In this document: piece after piece, positions 27,884 through 37,279 of the stretch
How positions within the stretch are numbered: position 1 is the stretch's first letter
How the letters are laid out: each line of letters opens with the position of its first letter
NCBI GenBank assembly: GCA_020632655.1
Contig: JACKFD010000002.1
Coordinates: forward strand, 227,757-291,756
Direction of reading: 5' to 3'
DNA length: 64,000 bases
Origin: Spirochaetaceae bacterium
GTDB taxonomy: Bacteria > Myxococcota_A > UBA9160 > UBA4427
Notes under the pieces: model-generated
The model's database searches: none
What the model saw: only the letters and a program-made list of their open reading frames with translations
What the model was told of the DNA's origin: nothing
Position numbers and translations under genes: made by a program

Positions 27884-28825
27884 TCAGGCGACCCCGAGAT
27901 CCCGCGCCCACTCGAGGTTCAGCCGCGCCGAGCCGACATGGGCGAGATGGACCACGTGCCCCTCGCCCTGCTCGGCATCGCCGTGCAGCACGGCCTCCTC
28001 GCTGCCCCGGGCCTCGGCCGCGTCGGCGAGGTCGACGAGCTCGCGCCAGTAGGCGACCTCCTCGGCGGAGGGCGTGAAGAGCTCGTGCACGAGCGGGACG
28101 TGGGCCGCGTCGCCGAGCATCATGCCGTAGTAGCCGAGATCCCGGAGCTCCGTCGCGAAGCTTCGCAGGCCTTCGAGGTCCGAGACGTCGCCGCCCCACA
28201 TGCCGCTGATCGGATAGCGGATGCCCGCGGCCTTCGCGTCCGCGAGGACCTTCGAGCGCAGGAAGAGCGTCTCCCTTCCCTCGCGAGTCCACCGGAAGCC
28301 GAGCGCCTGATGGATGTCGCCGAAGCGGGAGATCGCGCCGCCCATGTAGCCCACCCGCGGCGAGGCCATCGCGATTTCGTAGGCGAGCCGGATCGCCTGG
28401 GCGGTCTCGAGGATCGGATAGAGGAGGATCGAGCCCCGGGGCAGCCCGGCTTGCACTTCGACGTTCGTGACGAGCGCGTCGGCCGCCACGATGTCGCGCG
28501 GATCCTCGATCTTGGGGACGAGCACGCCGGCCAGGCCGGGCAGGGCGATCGCCTGCAGGTCGGTCAGCATCTCGCCCGAGGACGCGGGGCGCAGGCGCGC
28601 GAAGTAGCGCGGATGTTCGGCGGGATGACGATCGGCGTCGCCGAGGAACGCCGACACGAGGCGGCGCGTCTGCTCGCGGATCCGCTCGGTCATCGGCGTC
28701 TGGGGCTCCTCCATGTCGAGCACGACGGCATCGGCCGGGAGCCCGGGCACGTCGGCCAGGCGCTTCTCGTCGGAGCCCGGCACGAAGACGAGGCTGCGGA
28801 TCGGGCGGACACGCGGGCGCTGCAT
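27884..28825 (-). CDS. HpcH/HpaI aldolase / citrate-lyase beta (CitE)-like protein
   Basis: ATG 28823-28825 follows GGGAGAG; 313 aa. IRSLVFVPGSDEKRL...DAVVLDMEE...VLVPKIE...LYPILETAQA is the CitE-like pattern. The upstream 580 aa of the ORF-track entry is shadow sequence. Confidence 0.8.
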   Translation of the reverse strand: MQRPRVRPIRSLVFVPGSDEKRLADVPGLPADAVVLDMEEPQTPMTERIREQTRRLVSAFLGDADRHPAEHPRYFARLRPASSGEMLTDLQAIALPGLAGVLVPKIEDPRDIVAADALVTNVEVQAGLPRGSILLYPILETAQAIRLAYEIAMASPRVGYMGGAISRFGDIHQALGFRWTREGRETLFLRSKVLADAKAAGIRYPISGMWGGDVSDLEGLRSFATELRDLGYYGMMLGDAAHVPLVHELFTPSAEEVAYWRELVDLADAAEARGSEEAVLHGDAEQGEGHVVHLAHVGSARLNLEWARDLGVA

Positions 28826-28893
28826 GGGGTTCTCTCCCGGGTAGAGGGCAGGGCGGCGACCCTGGTCGGGCTCGCTGCATTCGTCTCGGCTCG

Positions 28894-30354
28894 TCAGTCG
28901 AGCTCCTTCTCGATCGCTTCGGCCGCGGCGCGCGCGACGCGGGTGCCCTCGAAGAAGCGCGGGTTCATGCCGCCGTGCAGCCGCACGGCGTTCAGGAACG
29001 CGAACTCGCGGAACTCCGGCGCGCCGAGCGTGCCGTGCTCGACCATCTCCCACGCCTCCTCGACGGGCAGCGTCATGTCGGTCACGTCCCAATGCGCGAT
29101 GTCCGACCCGAGCATCGCGCGCAGTCGCGCACCGAGCGGGTTCACGCGATCCGCGAAGGCCCAGGCCGCGAGCGGATCGTCGGCCTCGCAGCCGAAGTAG
29201 AAATGCGGCACGAAGAGGTCGTGCAGGTCGCGCGCCGTCTCGATCGCGGCGGCCGCGAACTCGTCGACCTGCTCGGGCCGGGCCGCGGGCTTCGCGAAGA
29301 AGGCCCGGACACGGTCGCGGCGCGCCTTGACGTCGTCTGCGGCGTAGCGGTCGAAGTAGGCGAGCAAGGCGTCGACGTCGAGCCGATCGGGATCGAGCGC
29401 CTCGATCGCCCGGGCGTTGCGCTTCTCCCAATGTCCGAGCAGATCGGCGAAGAGGCTGCAGGCCCAGGCGACGCCGCCCTCTAGGAAGCCGACGCGGAGC
29501 TTCGGGAAGCGCCGCGTCACGCCGCCCATCAAGAGCGACTTCGCGAGCGCCTCCTGGCAGCGCCCGATCCCGCCGACATGGTTGTAGACGTAGTTGCTCG
29601 GCGAGCGCGCGACGTGGTAGCGCTGGGTCGAGCTGTGGGCGACGGGCGCGAATCCCGCCTCGACGCAGCGCGCCCAGAACGGGTCGTAGTCGTAGGCGCT
29701 GTCGAGTCCGAAGGTGTCCCAGCGCAGGACCGGCGGCTCGAGCGCCCCGTGCGCGCGCTCGATTGCCGCGATCGGCCGGAGCGCATAGCCCGACATGACG
29801 CCCGCCTTGAATCCGAGGGCGAGCGCGTCGTCGAGCACCTCGACCGCGATCTCCGGCGTGTTCATCGGAATCAGCGCCCCCACGCACATCCGCTCGGCGT
29901 AGGGCGCGAAGACGCGCGCGTGCATCCGATTGACCGCCCGGCAGAGCACCCCCGCGAGCTCGCCGTCGGTCATGTCGAGGAAGGAGAGGCTCATGGACGG
30001 GTACAGGATCGTGTAGTCGAGCCCCATCTCGTCGAGGCGCTCGTCGAGCAGGCTCGGCAGGTGGGCCGTCGCGCGGTCGCGGACGTTTTGCGTCGGCCAG
30101 CCCCACCACGAGGGCGCCGAGGTCCAGCCGTCCCGCGCGCGGTCGAGGGGCGTCTCCGCGAGATTCGAGGAGGTGTCGGTCGGCGCCACGCTGCCGGCGA
30201 GGTAGCGGTCCCGGAGAGCCGGGCTCGTATCGCCGAGATAGGCGAGGATCTCGTCGCTCATTTGCGGCTCGACTTCTACGAAGTGCCCGTCCGCGTCGAC
30301 GATGGGATGGTCGAGCTGGGCGCGGATCTTGGCGGAGCGGGTCGTGGCTGCCAT
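28894..30354 (-). CDS. Amidohydrolase-2 family metal-dependent hydrolase/decarboxylase
   Basis: ATG 30352-30354 follows GGAGGA; 486 aa. DHPIVDADGHFVE is the metal-binding HxH-type start. Family-like segments follow (...GALIPMNTPE...HSSTQ...GSDIAHWD). Confidence 0.85.
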   Translation of the reverse strand: MAATTRSAKIRAQLDHPIVDADGHFVEVEPQMSDEILAYLGDTSPALRDRYLAGSVAPTDTSSNLAETPLDRARDGWTSAPSWWGWPTQNVRDRATAHLPSLLDERLDEMGLDYTILYPSMSLSFLDMTDGELAGVLCRAVNRMHARVFAPYAERMCVGALIPMNTPEIAVEVLDDALALGFKAGVMSGYALRPIAAIERAHGALEPPVLRWDTFGLDSAYDYDPFWARCVEAGFAPVAHSSTQRYHVARSPSNYVYNHVGGIGRCQEALAKSLLMGGVTRRFPKLRVGFLEGGVAWACSLFADLLGHWEKRNARAIEALDPDRLDVDALLAYFDRYAADDVKARRDRVRAFFAKPAARPEQVDEFAAAAIETARDLHDLFVPHFYFGCEADDPLAAWAFADRVNPLGARLRAMLGSDIAHWDVTDMTLPVEEAWEMVEHGTLGAPEFREFAFLNAVRLHGGMNPRFFEGTRVARAAAEAIEKELD

Positions 30355-30739
30355 GTACAGGGTCCTCCAGGTCTGGGGGGCAGCATGGCGAGTGTGGCCG
30401 CCCATGCCGCCGCCCCCGACGATGTTCGGGCGAGCGACGTCGCGGTTCAAGGGGCCTTCGGATCGATGCCGCGCCTGCAGGCGGCGGCACGCTCTCGATC
30501 GGGCCGAGCTCGCCCACGAACCGCGCCGGGGCATCGGCCAGCGTGACGCCGCCGCCGACGGTCTCGATCACCCAGCCGATTGCGCTCGCGCTCCTCGGTC
30601 TCGCCGCGCTCGCGGCCTCGCCGGGTCCGTCACCGCAGCCCGTCGGCTACGATCGACCGTCCTGGATCGACGCCCCCTTGCACCCCACGAATCGGAGTGT
30701 CGGGGCAAACGGGTCGCGACGAACCCGAGGAGGTTGGCC

Positions 30740-31117
30740 ATGACCCTGACCGAGAAGATCACGAAGGCGGTACACAAGTACCTGTCGTCCTTCGAGAAGA
30801 AGGACCTCGACGGCATCATGAGCATCTACGCGGAAGACTGTTGGATCGAGGATCCCGTCGGCAGCGAGCGCAAGGTCGGTCGGGAGGCACTCCGCGAGTT
30901 CTACGCACTCGGCGTGGACATGGGCGTCAGGATGACGCTCGAGTCCGAGATCCGGATCGCCGGCAACGAAGCAGCCTTCGCATTCCGGCTCGAGGCCGAC
31001 ACGCCGGAAGGAAGGCTGAGCGTGCGGCCGATCGACGTGATGGTCTTCGACGACGAGGGCAAGGTGAGGTCGATGCGCGCCTATTTCGGTCCCACCAATC
31101 AGGGACTCGAGTCGTAA
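30740..31117 (+). CDS. SnoaL-like / ketosteroid-isomerase-like NTF2-fold protein
   Basis: ATG 30740 follows GAGGAGG; 125 aa. KYLSSFEKKDLDGIMSIYAEDCWIEDPVGS...REFY is the typical SnoaL/KSI-like N-terminus. Confidence 0.8.
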   Translation: MTLTEKITKAVHKYLSSFEKKDLDGIMSIYAEDCWIEDPVGSERKVGREALREFYALGVDMGVRMTLESEIRIAGNEAAFAFRLEADTPEGRLSVRPIDVMVFDDEGKVRSMRAYFGPTNQGLES

Positions 31118-31187
31118 CGATCCCGCCGGTGGGTCGGAAGCGCGCCGAGCTGGGTGGACTCGCGATGCGCCAGGAGGAATCCGCGAC

Positions 31188-31565
31188 GTGTTGAAGGTGA
31201 TGCTCCTGCTGAAGCGCAAGCCAGGGATGACCCTCGCCGAATTCATCGATCGCTACGAGCGGGTGCACGCCCCGCTCGTGATGCGGACCGGCTCGACGAC
31301 GCTCCACTACGAGCGCCACTTCCTGCATCCGGGTGGCCGCTTCCTCTGGGACGAAGAGATCGTCGAGCCCGAATACGACGTCATTACCGAGCTCTGGTAC
31401 CCGGATCGGGCGGCCTTCGATCGGCAGATGGAGCGGATCCGGAGCCGGCCCGACCTGATCGCGCCGATCCTCGCGGACGAGGAGGAGATGTTCGACCGGG
31501 AGAAGTCCCGCATCACCTTCGTCGAGAGCCACCTCTCGCCGCCGAGAGCGACCGAATCGGGCTAG
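31188..31565 (+). CDS. EthD-domain protein
   Basis: GTG 31188 lies 9 nt after AGGAGGA. (M)LKVMLLLKRKPGMTLAEFIDRYERVHAPL...ITELWYPDRAAFD is the EthD pattern. Confidence 0.8.
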   Translation: MLKVMLLLKRKPGMTLAEFIDRYERVHAPLVMRTGSTTLHYERHFLHPGGRFLWDEEIVEPEYDVITELWYPDRAAFDRQMERIRSRPDLIAPILADEEEMFDREKSRITFVESHLSPPRATESG

Positions 31566-31571
31566 CTGGAC

Positions 31572-31591
31572 AGGATTGGATCAAATATCCT
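31572..31591. promoter_or_regulatory. AT-rich inverted repeat upstream of the Rieske oxygenase alpha gene (candidate operator/promoter element)
   Basis: AGGATtggatcaaatATCCT, nested GGATcaaatATCC. It lies in an otherwise about 70% GC context, 84 nt upstream of ATG 31675. It is flanked by CTGGA...TCCAG. Confidence 0.25.
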
Positions 31592-31674
31592 AAATGTCTT
31601 CCAGCCCAGGCGCACGGCGCGGCTCGATGTGGATGCCTCGCGTCGGCACGACCCCAGAGAAGGAAGCCCCCCGC

Positions 31675-32982
31675 ATGAGCAAACCGCATCTCTCCGGCCT
31701 GACCGAGGCCGAGGCCGCCGGCATCCAGATTTTCGAGAAGCCCGCTCCGGGCAGCTGGACCGAAGCGCTTGGTCTCGACACGGGGGCGATGTCCTTCGAG
31801 GACAGCTTCGATCCCGAGTTCTACGAGGACGAGAAGGAGGCGGTCTTCCGCCGCAACTGGCTGAACCTGGGGCGGATCGAGCAGCTTCCCCGGCGCGGCA
31901 CCTTCTTCACGAAGGAGCTCGAGTTCCTCGGCGTCTCCATCCTCGTCGTCCGGGACCTCGAGGACCGGATCCGCGCCTTCCACAACGTCTGCTCCCACCG
32001 CGGCAACAAGCTGATGTGGGACCGCGATCCCTCGAAGGAGTCCCGCGGCAACTGCCGTCAGATCGCCTGCAAGTACCACGGCTGGCGGTACCGCCTCGAC
32101 GGCGAGATCGACTACGTCCACAACGCGCCCGAGTTCTTCGATCTCGACCCGGCGCGCCTCAAGCTCCCGCCGATCCACCTCGAGCTCTGGGCGGGCTTCA
32201 TCTGGATCAATCTCGAGCAGGAGCCGCGCCAGAGCCTGCGCGAGTTCCTGACGCCCACGGTCGCGAAGCTCGAGACCTATCCCTTCGAGAAGATGACCCG
32301 GGTCTACACCTTCCAGTCCGAGATCAACGCGAACTGGAAGCTCTTCATGGACGCCTTCCAGGAGCTCTACCACGTGCCCTACGTGCACGGGAAGGTGACG
32401 AACGCGGCCCTCGAGCAGACCGGCGTCGACAAGGTGCCGCAGATGATCCCCTTCTTCGGCACCTACGGGAAGCATCGTCTGATGACCTCCGGCGGCGCGA
32501 ATGCCAACCAGGCCGTGCGCGCGCGCCGACCGATCGACGCGCTCTTCCAGGCGAACTTCATCGGCACCGACTACACGCCCGACGTCGGCCCCCTCGGCGA
32601 TGGCGTCAACCCGGCCGGGATCGAGAACTGGGGCGTGGACTCTTGGCAGTTCTACCCCAACTTCGTGATCATCACCTGGAAGAGCAACTACTGGTACACC
32701 TATCACTACTGGCCCACGGGTCCGACGTCCCATCGCTTCGAGTGGACCGTCGCCTTCGCCGAGCCGACCAACACGCGTGAGCGCCTCGCCCAGGAGCATG
32801 CCCTCGTGATGATGCGGGAGGGCATCCTCCAGGATGCCAATACGCTCGAGGCGACGCAGATGGGCATCATGTCGCGCGCGCGCAACGACTACTACCTGTG
32901 CGATCAGGAGGTCGCCCTTCGGCACCTCCATACGGTGATCCAGGACGACGTGGCGGCCTATCGGGCCGAGAAGGGGCGGTAG
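31675..32982 (+). CDS. Aromatic-ring-hydroxylating (Rieske non-heme iron) oxygenase, alpha subunit
   Basis: ATG 31675 follows GAGAAGGAAG; 435 aa. CSHRGNKL...CKYHGWRY is the Rieske motif. The C-terminal catalytic domain reads (NWKLFMDAFQELYHVPYVH). Confidence 0.9.
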   Translation: MSKPHLSGLTEAEAAGIQIFEKPAPGSWTEALGLDTGAMSFEDSFDPEFYEDEKEAVFRRNWLNLGRIEQLPRRGTFFTKELEFLGVSILVVRDLEDRIRAFHNVCSHRGNKLMWDRDPSKESRGNCRQIACKYHGWRYRLDGEIDYVHNAPEFFDLDPARLKLPPIHLELWAGFIWINLEQEPRQSLREFLTPTVAKLETYPFEKMTRVYTFQSEINANWKLFMDAFQELYHVPYVHGKVTNAALEQTGVDKVPQMIPFFGTYGKHRLMTSGGANANQAVRARRPIDALFQANFIGTDYTPDVGPLGDGVNPAGIENWGVDSWQFYPNFVIITWKSNYWYTYHYWPTGPTSHRFEWTVAFAEPTNTRERLAQEHALVMMREGILQDANTLEATQMGIMSRARNDYYLCDQEVALRHLHTVIQDDVAAYRAEKGR

Positions 32983-32984
32983 GC

Positions 32985-33332
32985 ATGGGCACGAGCGAGA
33001 CAGGGGCGAGGCTGCCCGCTGAGTTCTCCGCCCTCGAGCGATGGGCGGACGAGTGGATCCTGCCGACCCTCGAGGATCGGCTCCAGAAGCGACTCGTGAC
33101 GCCCATGAAGGAGCTCCAGGCCTTCTACGACGACGTCTTTCCCGTTGCCGAGGCGGCCATGAAGTATCTCGATGGATTCCAGATCGACGATCTGCCCGAG
33201 CCGGCGATGAATCTGATGAACCTGCTCTACTCGCTGAGCTGTGTGTCGGTCGCGACGGATGTATTCGGAACCCAGCGGGATCCGAATACGGGCGCGACCT
33301 GGATCTACGAGGTCTCGGAGCCGCCTTTCTAG
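32985..33332 (+). CDS. Hypothetical 115-aa protein immediately downstream of the oxygenase alpha subunit
   Basis: ATG 32985 lies 2 nt after the alpha-subunit TAG. Composition is protein-like and acidic (EFSALERWADEWILPTLEDRLQKRL...). It does not resemble an NTF2-type beta subunit. Confidence 0.55.
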   Translation: MGTSETGARLPAEFSALERWADEWILPTLEDRLQKRLVTPMKELQAFYDDVFPVAEAAMKYLDGFQIDDLPEPAMNLMNLLYSLSCVSVATDVFGTQRDPNTGATWIYEVSEPPF

Positions 33333-33366
33333 GGTCGGCACGGCGGGCTAGGGTCGGCACGGCGGG
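33329..33366. repeat. Perfect 2 x 19-bp tandem duplication (ctagggtcggcacggcggg)
   Basis: Read directly: 33329-33347 = 33348-33366. The first unit contains the stop of the 115-aa ORF. The duplication lies 23 nt upstream of the LLM gene ATG. Confidence 0.95.
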
Positions 33367-33388
33367 TCGGTCGAGGAAGGAGTCGCGG

Positions 33389-34462
33389 ATGACGCAGCTC
33401 TCGATGCGCTTCGACCTGCGCGTACCGCCCTTCGCGAAGACGACCTTCGCGCGCCAGCACGCGGCGATGCTCGAGATGGCGGTCTGGGCGGATCGGATCG
33501 GCGTCGAGCAGATCGTGCTCTCGGAGCACCACGGCGATCCCGCCGGCTTCAGCTCGGCGCCGCTCACCCTCGCCGCCGCGATCCTCGGCGCGACGCGTCG
33601 TGTTGGCGTTCGGATTGCGGCCCTGCTGGTTCCGCTCCACGACCCCGTCCGGCTCGCCGAGGCGCTCGCGACGATCGACTGTCTGGCGCCCGGTCGGATC
33701 TCGGTCGTCTGTGGGGCGGGCTATCGCCAGGCCGAGTTCGACATGGCGGGCGTACCGCGCACGGAGCGGGGCGCGCGGCTCGAGCAGGCCGTGCGGGTGA
33801 TGCGTGCGGCGTGGTCGGGGGAGCCCTTCGACTGGCAGGGCCGCGAGATCCTCGCGACGCCGACGCCTGCGAGCCCGGGCGGACCGACGCTGCTCGTCGG
33901 GGGCAAGACACGCGCGGGGGCTCGGCGCGCGGCGCGGCTGCGCTGTGCGTTCGCGCCGGCCGTGAGCTCGCTCGACGTGATCCGGGCGTACTTCGAGGCG
34001 TGCGAGGAGGAGGGCTTTGGTGGTGCGAGCGTCTACGGCGCGTCGTCCTTCGACGCCTATCGTGCGCGGCAGCGCGCGGGCGCGGTGAACGCGCCCGGCT
34101 TCGTCATGGTGAGCCACGACCCCGACGCGACCTGGGAGCGGATCGGTCCCTACGCCGAGTTCGATGCCCGCACCTACGCCGCCTGGCAGGAGGACGGCGT
34201 CGTCTCGAGCTGGGCGGTCCCGGACGCAGCGAGCTGGCGCGAGCTGCGGGCCAGCGGGAACTTCGTCGTCGCGACGCCCGACGAGTGCGTCGCGCTGGCC
34301 GTGCGCGACGGTCAGCTGATGCTGCACCCGTTGATGGGCGGCCTCGAGCCCGAGCTGGCCTTCGAGGCCCTGCATCTCTTCGAGAGCGCCGTCCTGCCCC
34401 GCCTGGAGGTCGGCCGAGCGGCCCCCGGGCCGCCGGGAGAGGATGGAGGCGAATCCGCCTGA
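33389..34462 (+). CDS. LLM-class (luciferase-like) flavin-dependent oxidoreductase
   Basis: ATG 33389 follows GGAAGGAG; 357 aa. MRFDLRVPPF...WADRIGVEQIVLSEHHG...GRISVVCGAGY is the LLM family pattern. Confidence 0.85.
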   Translation: MTQLSMRFDLRVPPFAKTTFARQHAAMLEMAVWADRIGVEQIVLSEHHGDPAGFSSAPLTLAAAILGATRRVGVRIAALLVPLHDPVRLAEALATIDCLAPGRISVVCGAGYRQAEFDMAGVPRTERGARLEQAVRVMRAAWSGEPFDWQGREILATPTPASPGGPTLLVGGKTRAGARRAARLRCAFAPAVSSLDVIRAYFEACEEEGFGGASVYGASSFDAYRARQRAGAVNAPGFVMVSHDPDATWERIGPYAEFDARTYAAWQEDGVVSSWAVPDAASWRELRASGNFVVATPDECVALAVRDGQLMLHPLMGGLEPELAFEALHLFESAVLPRLEVGRAAPGPPGEDGGESA

Positions 34463-34649
34463 CGGAGCGGCTGATCGGGTCGCCCTTCTCGTGAGGGAGT
34501 CCAGATCGGTGACCTCGATCGGATCCGCCTCCATGGCCTGGACCACAGGAGCGACGATTTCCCGTCCCGGAATCGACGCTTGTGTGAAGCGCTCCACATA
34601 GCCGAGCCCGTGGACTGGCGACTCTCTGGACTCCAAAGGAGATCCAGCC

Positions 34650-37082
34650 ATGGCCACCCCCCGGAACAGCGAGTCTCGACGCGAGCCTGCTACCGCTCGG
34701 TCCCGCGCCCGCCACGCCGCCGCCGCCCTCGGCGCGCTGCTCGCGGTGGTCGTCGCGAGCGGCGCCCAGGCCTTTCCGGCGCCCGGCGTCACCTGCGATC
34801 ACGATCCGCGCCGCCCCGACGTCTGCCGGATCGACCTGGCGGATGGGCTCGCGATCGAGGCGGGCCGTTCGGCGCTGTTCCTGCACGAAGACGGCCGCGG
34901 CTACGACGTCTACGGGACCGTCGAGATCCCCACCGGCCAGGAGCCGCTCGTGCTCGCAGCGTCGGAGATGCGATTCCGCACGGTCGGCCGTCGATCGGAG
35001 CTGCAGTACGCGTCGGCGCTGCTTCCCTTCCCGCAGATGGGCTTCCTCTCGCTCGTCGAGGTCTCGCGTCAGCCGATGGTGAGCTTCGGCGTTCGGACCG
35101 GCGAAGAGCTCGCGTTCACCGGCGCGCCGCTCGCCCCCGAGCGCTCCTACTTCTACTTCTTCGGCGACTCCGCGCTCGAGGCCGGCTACGGCCCGATCTC
35201 GTTCTCGACCGGCGGCGAGCTGCTCTCGGTCGTGCTCGACCCGACCGATCCCTACTTCTATGTCGGCGCGGAGATGTCCGGCCTCGGCGGCGACGACAGC
35301 GACGCGGAGCGCGGTGGTGCGGACGCTGGCGATCGTCGTGATGGGCGTGGTGTGGGTGGCGACGACAGCGCCGCGGGCGGATCGCAGGGCGGCCGGGCCG
35401 GCAACGACGGCGCGTCGGACGGTTCCGGCGGCGAGGGTGATGCCGCAGACGCCGAGACCGAGGACGAGTCGTCGGAAGAGGAGGACGACGGCGTCTCGAT
35501 CCCGGGCGTCGCGTTCTCGCTGCACGGCTACATCCCCTTCGAGCCGCTCAACGACTACGGCGTCGAGGACGAGATGCCGGTCTTCGATGGGCACCTCTTC
35601 GTGCGCGGCCCGATTCCCCTCTTCCAGGGCCTGACCCTCGACGGCGACACCGTGATCGACATCGATCCCGACGAGGACGGGGACCACCCCTTCGAGCCGA
35701 CCTTCTACGACGGCAGCGAATTCCCCGACCTGGCGCTCGGCGGAAACGGCGCACTCTCGGTCGGCATCCCCTTCCTGGAGTTCTTCGAGTACGGCTTCGA
35801 GCTCGGGACCGGCACCGCCGCCGGTCGGCTCGGCGAGCGCGACCAGCGCGTCGTCTTCAGCGGGGAGCTCGGCCTCGACCAGGAATCCTTCCTCGGCGAT
35901 CTGCCGATCGGTATCGAGGCCGGCGGTCGCGTCGCGGTCTACGGCGTCTTCGAGGACGATCTGCTCGCCTCCTTCATCCACGCGGAGGGCGAGATGGCCC
36001 TCGATCCGACCGCGATCGGACGCGCGTTCGGCGTGCAGCTCGGCCCGGTCGCCTCGAGCGAGATGGTCCTCGACATCTCCGCGCTCGGTCTCTACGCGCA
36101 GGGCTCGACCTCGGTCTCGCCCTTCCCGGCCCTGGGCTTCGCCGAGGCCGGCGCGGAGACCTTCGTCTCGACCAACGGCCTCGACAGCTACTTCGCGCTG
36201 CGCGGGGCGATGGCCCTCGACGGGATCGGGCTCGAGAACGCCGAGTTCAAGGCGCACGTGCGGGACGGCGTGACCGTCCGCGGGGCGATCTTCATCGGCG
36301 AGACCGAGTTCGCCATGGCCGGCGACGTCGGGCCCCAGGGCTATGCGCTCGAAGGGAGCGTGGCGCTCGGCGAGGGCGTCGAGATGAACGCGCAGGAGAC
36401 CGTCGCGCTCGTGGACGAGCTCCTCGAGCACGAGGACGCCCGCAAGGCGATCGAGGACTCGCTCTCGGTCGCGAGCGTCGGACTCGAGGCGGCGCGATGG
36501 ACCGCGGAGGCGGCCTGGTCGGCGGTCGAGATCGCGCAGATCCCCGTCGACGAGCTGAACGGCTCGATCGGTTTCCACGACCGGAACGCACGAGCCAACT
36601 ACGATCGGTATCGGAGTGCCAAGCGCCGGAGCTGTCGCTGGTACCAGGTCGGCTGTGCGCTCTCGCGTGCCTGGGACATCACGAAGTACTGGTCGCGCCA
36701 CGCCTATCACGTCGCCCTGGCCGGCAGCCTGCGCGCGGCCCTCTTCGTGCCCGAGAAGGCGCTCGCCGCGGCCCGGAACGTCGCCGAGCAGGCGGAGTCC
36801 CAGCTCGCGGCTGCGAAGAACGGGGTCGACACCCTGAATGAGCGGCTGGACGACATCGCCCGGCTCGTCGCCGACGCGCGTCGACGCCTCGACGCGCTGC
36901 CCGCGATCGAGGGCGAGATCGTCCCGATCGTGACCGCCCGGATCGAGGACGGTCGCGTCAGCGCCAGCGTCGTCGGCCTGCACGAGGGCCGGGTCGTGAC
37001 CGAGGGCCGCGTGCGACTCGAGGCGCCGGCGGAGGCGTGTCTCGACATTCCGGCGCAGGGGGAGTTCTGCGTGCGGCTCTGA
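34650..37082 (+). CDS. Large secreted protein of unknown function (810 aa)
   Basis: ATG 34650 follows AAGGAG. It has an Arg-rich then hydrophobic signal (AAALGALLAVVVASGAQA), an acidic G/D/S/E low-complexity linker (about 35270-35500), and a long coding-like region. The C-terminus is helical or coiled-coil-like. I recognise no family. Confidence 0.7.
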   Translation: MATPRNSESRREPATARSRARHAAAALGALLAVVVASGAQAFPAPGVTCDHDPRRPDVCRIDLADGLAIEAGRSALFLHEDGRGYDVYGTVEIPTGQEPLVLAASEMRFRTVGRRSELQYASALLPFPQMGFLSLVEVSRQPMVSFGVRTGEELAFTGAPLAPERSYFYFFGDSALEAGYGPISFSTGGELLSVVLDPTDPYFYVGAEMSGLGGDDSDAERGGADAGDRRDGRGVGGDDSAAGGSQGGRAGNDGASDGSGGEGDAADAETEDESSEEEDDGVSIPGVAFSLHGYIPFEPLNDYGVEDEMPVFDGHLFVRGPIPLFQGLTLDGDTVIDIDPDEDGDHPFEPTFYDGSEFPDLALGGNGALSVGIPFLEFFEYGFELGTGTAAGRLGERDQRVVFSGELGLDQESFLGDLPIGIEAGGRVAVYGVFEDDLLASFIHAEGEMALDPTAIGRAFGVQLGPVASSEMVLDISALGLYAQGSTSVSPFPALGFAEAGAETFVSTNGLDSYFALRGAMALDGIGLENAEFKAHVRDGVTVRGAIFIGETEFAMAGDVGPQGYALEGSVALGEGVEMNAQETVALVDELLEHEDARKAIEDSLSVASVGLEAARWTAEAAWSAVEIAQIPVDELNGSIGFHDRNARANYDRYRSAKRRSCRWYQVGCALSRAWDITKYWSRHAYHVALAGSLRAALFVPEKALAAARNVAEQAESQLAAAKNGVDTLNERLDDIARLVADARRRLDALPAIEGEIVPIVTARIEDGRVSASVVGLHEGRVVTEGRVRLEAPAEACLDIPAQGEFCVRL

Positions 37083-37279
37083 GGCGGGTCCCGAATCACG
37101 CGGGGAACGTGCGCGCTCGGAAACGAAGACCTCCGATCGATCCCACCCGAGTCCCCGTGGCGAGAAGCTTCGGCCGCTCGTTCTACCGCTCGGCCGGATC
37201 GAATGGCATTGTCAGTCGAACGTGCGCCGTGGTAGCTAGGACTGCACTGGGAAGGGGGCTACCGAGAGGTGCCCACGTC

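Noticed and set aside
27884-30571. 895-aa ORF suggesting a CitE-like fusion protein (likewise 10346-12457 and 44245-46356, 703 aa each)
   Set aside because: In each case only the C-terminal (or a central) part is protein-like and has its own ATG and SD. The remainder overlaps a better gene in another frame or strand.
34104-36983. 959-aa minus-strand ORF
   Set aside because: It is the antisense shadow of the 810-aa secreted protein gene, with the same composition argument. The same applies to 31513-33567, 25220-27361, 46937-48820, 42749-44323, 19407-21014 and 20662-22989.
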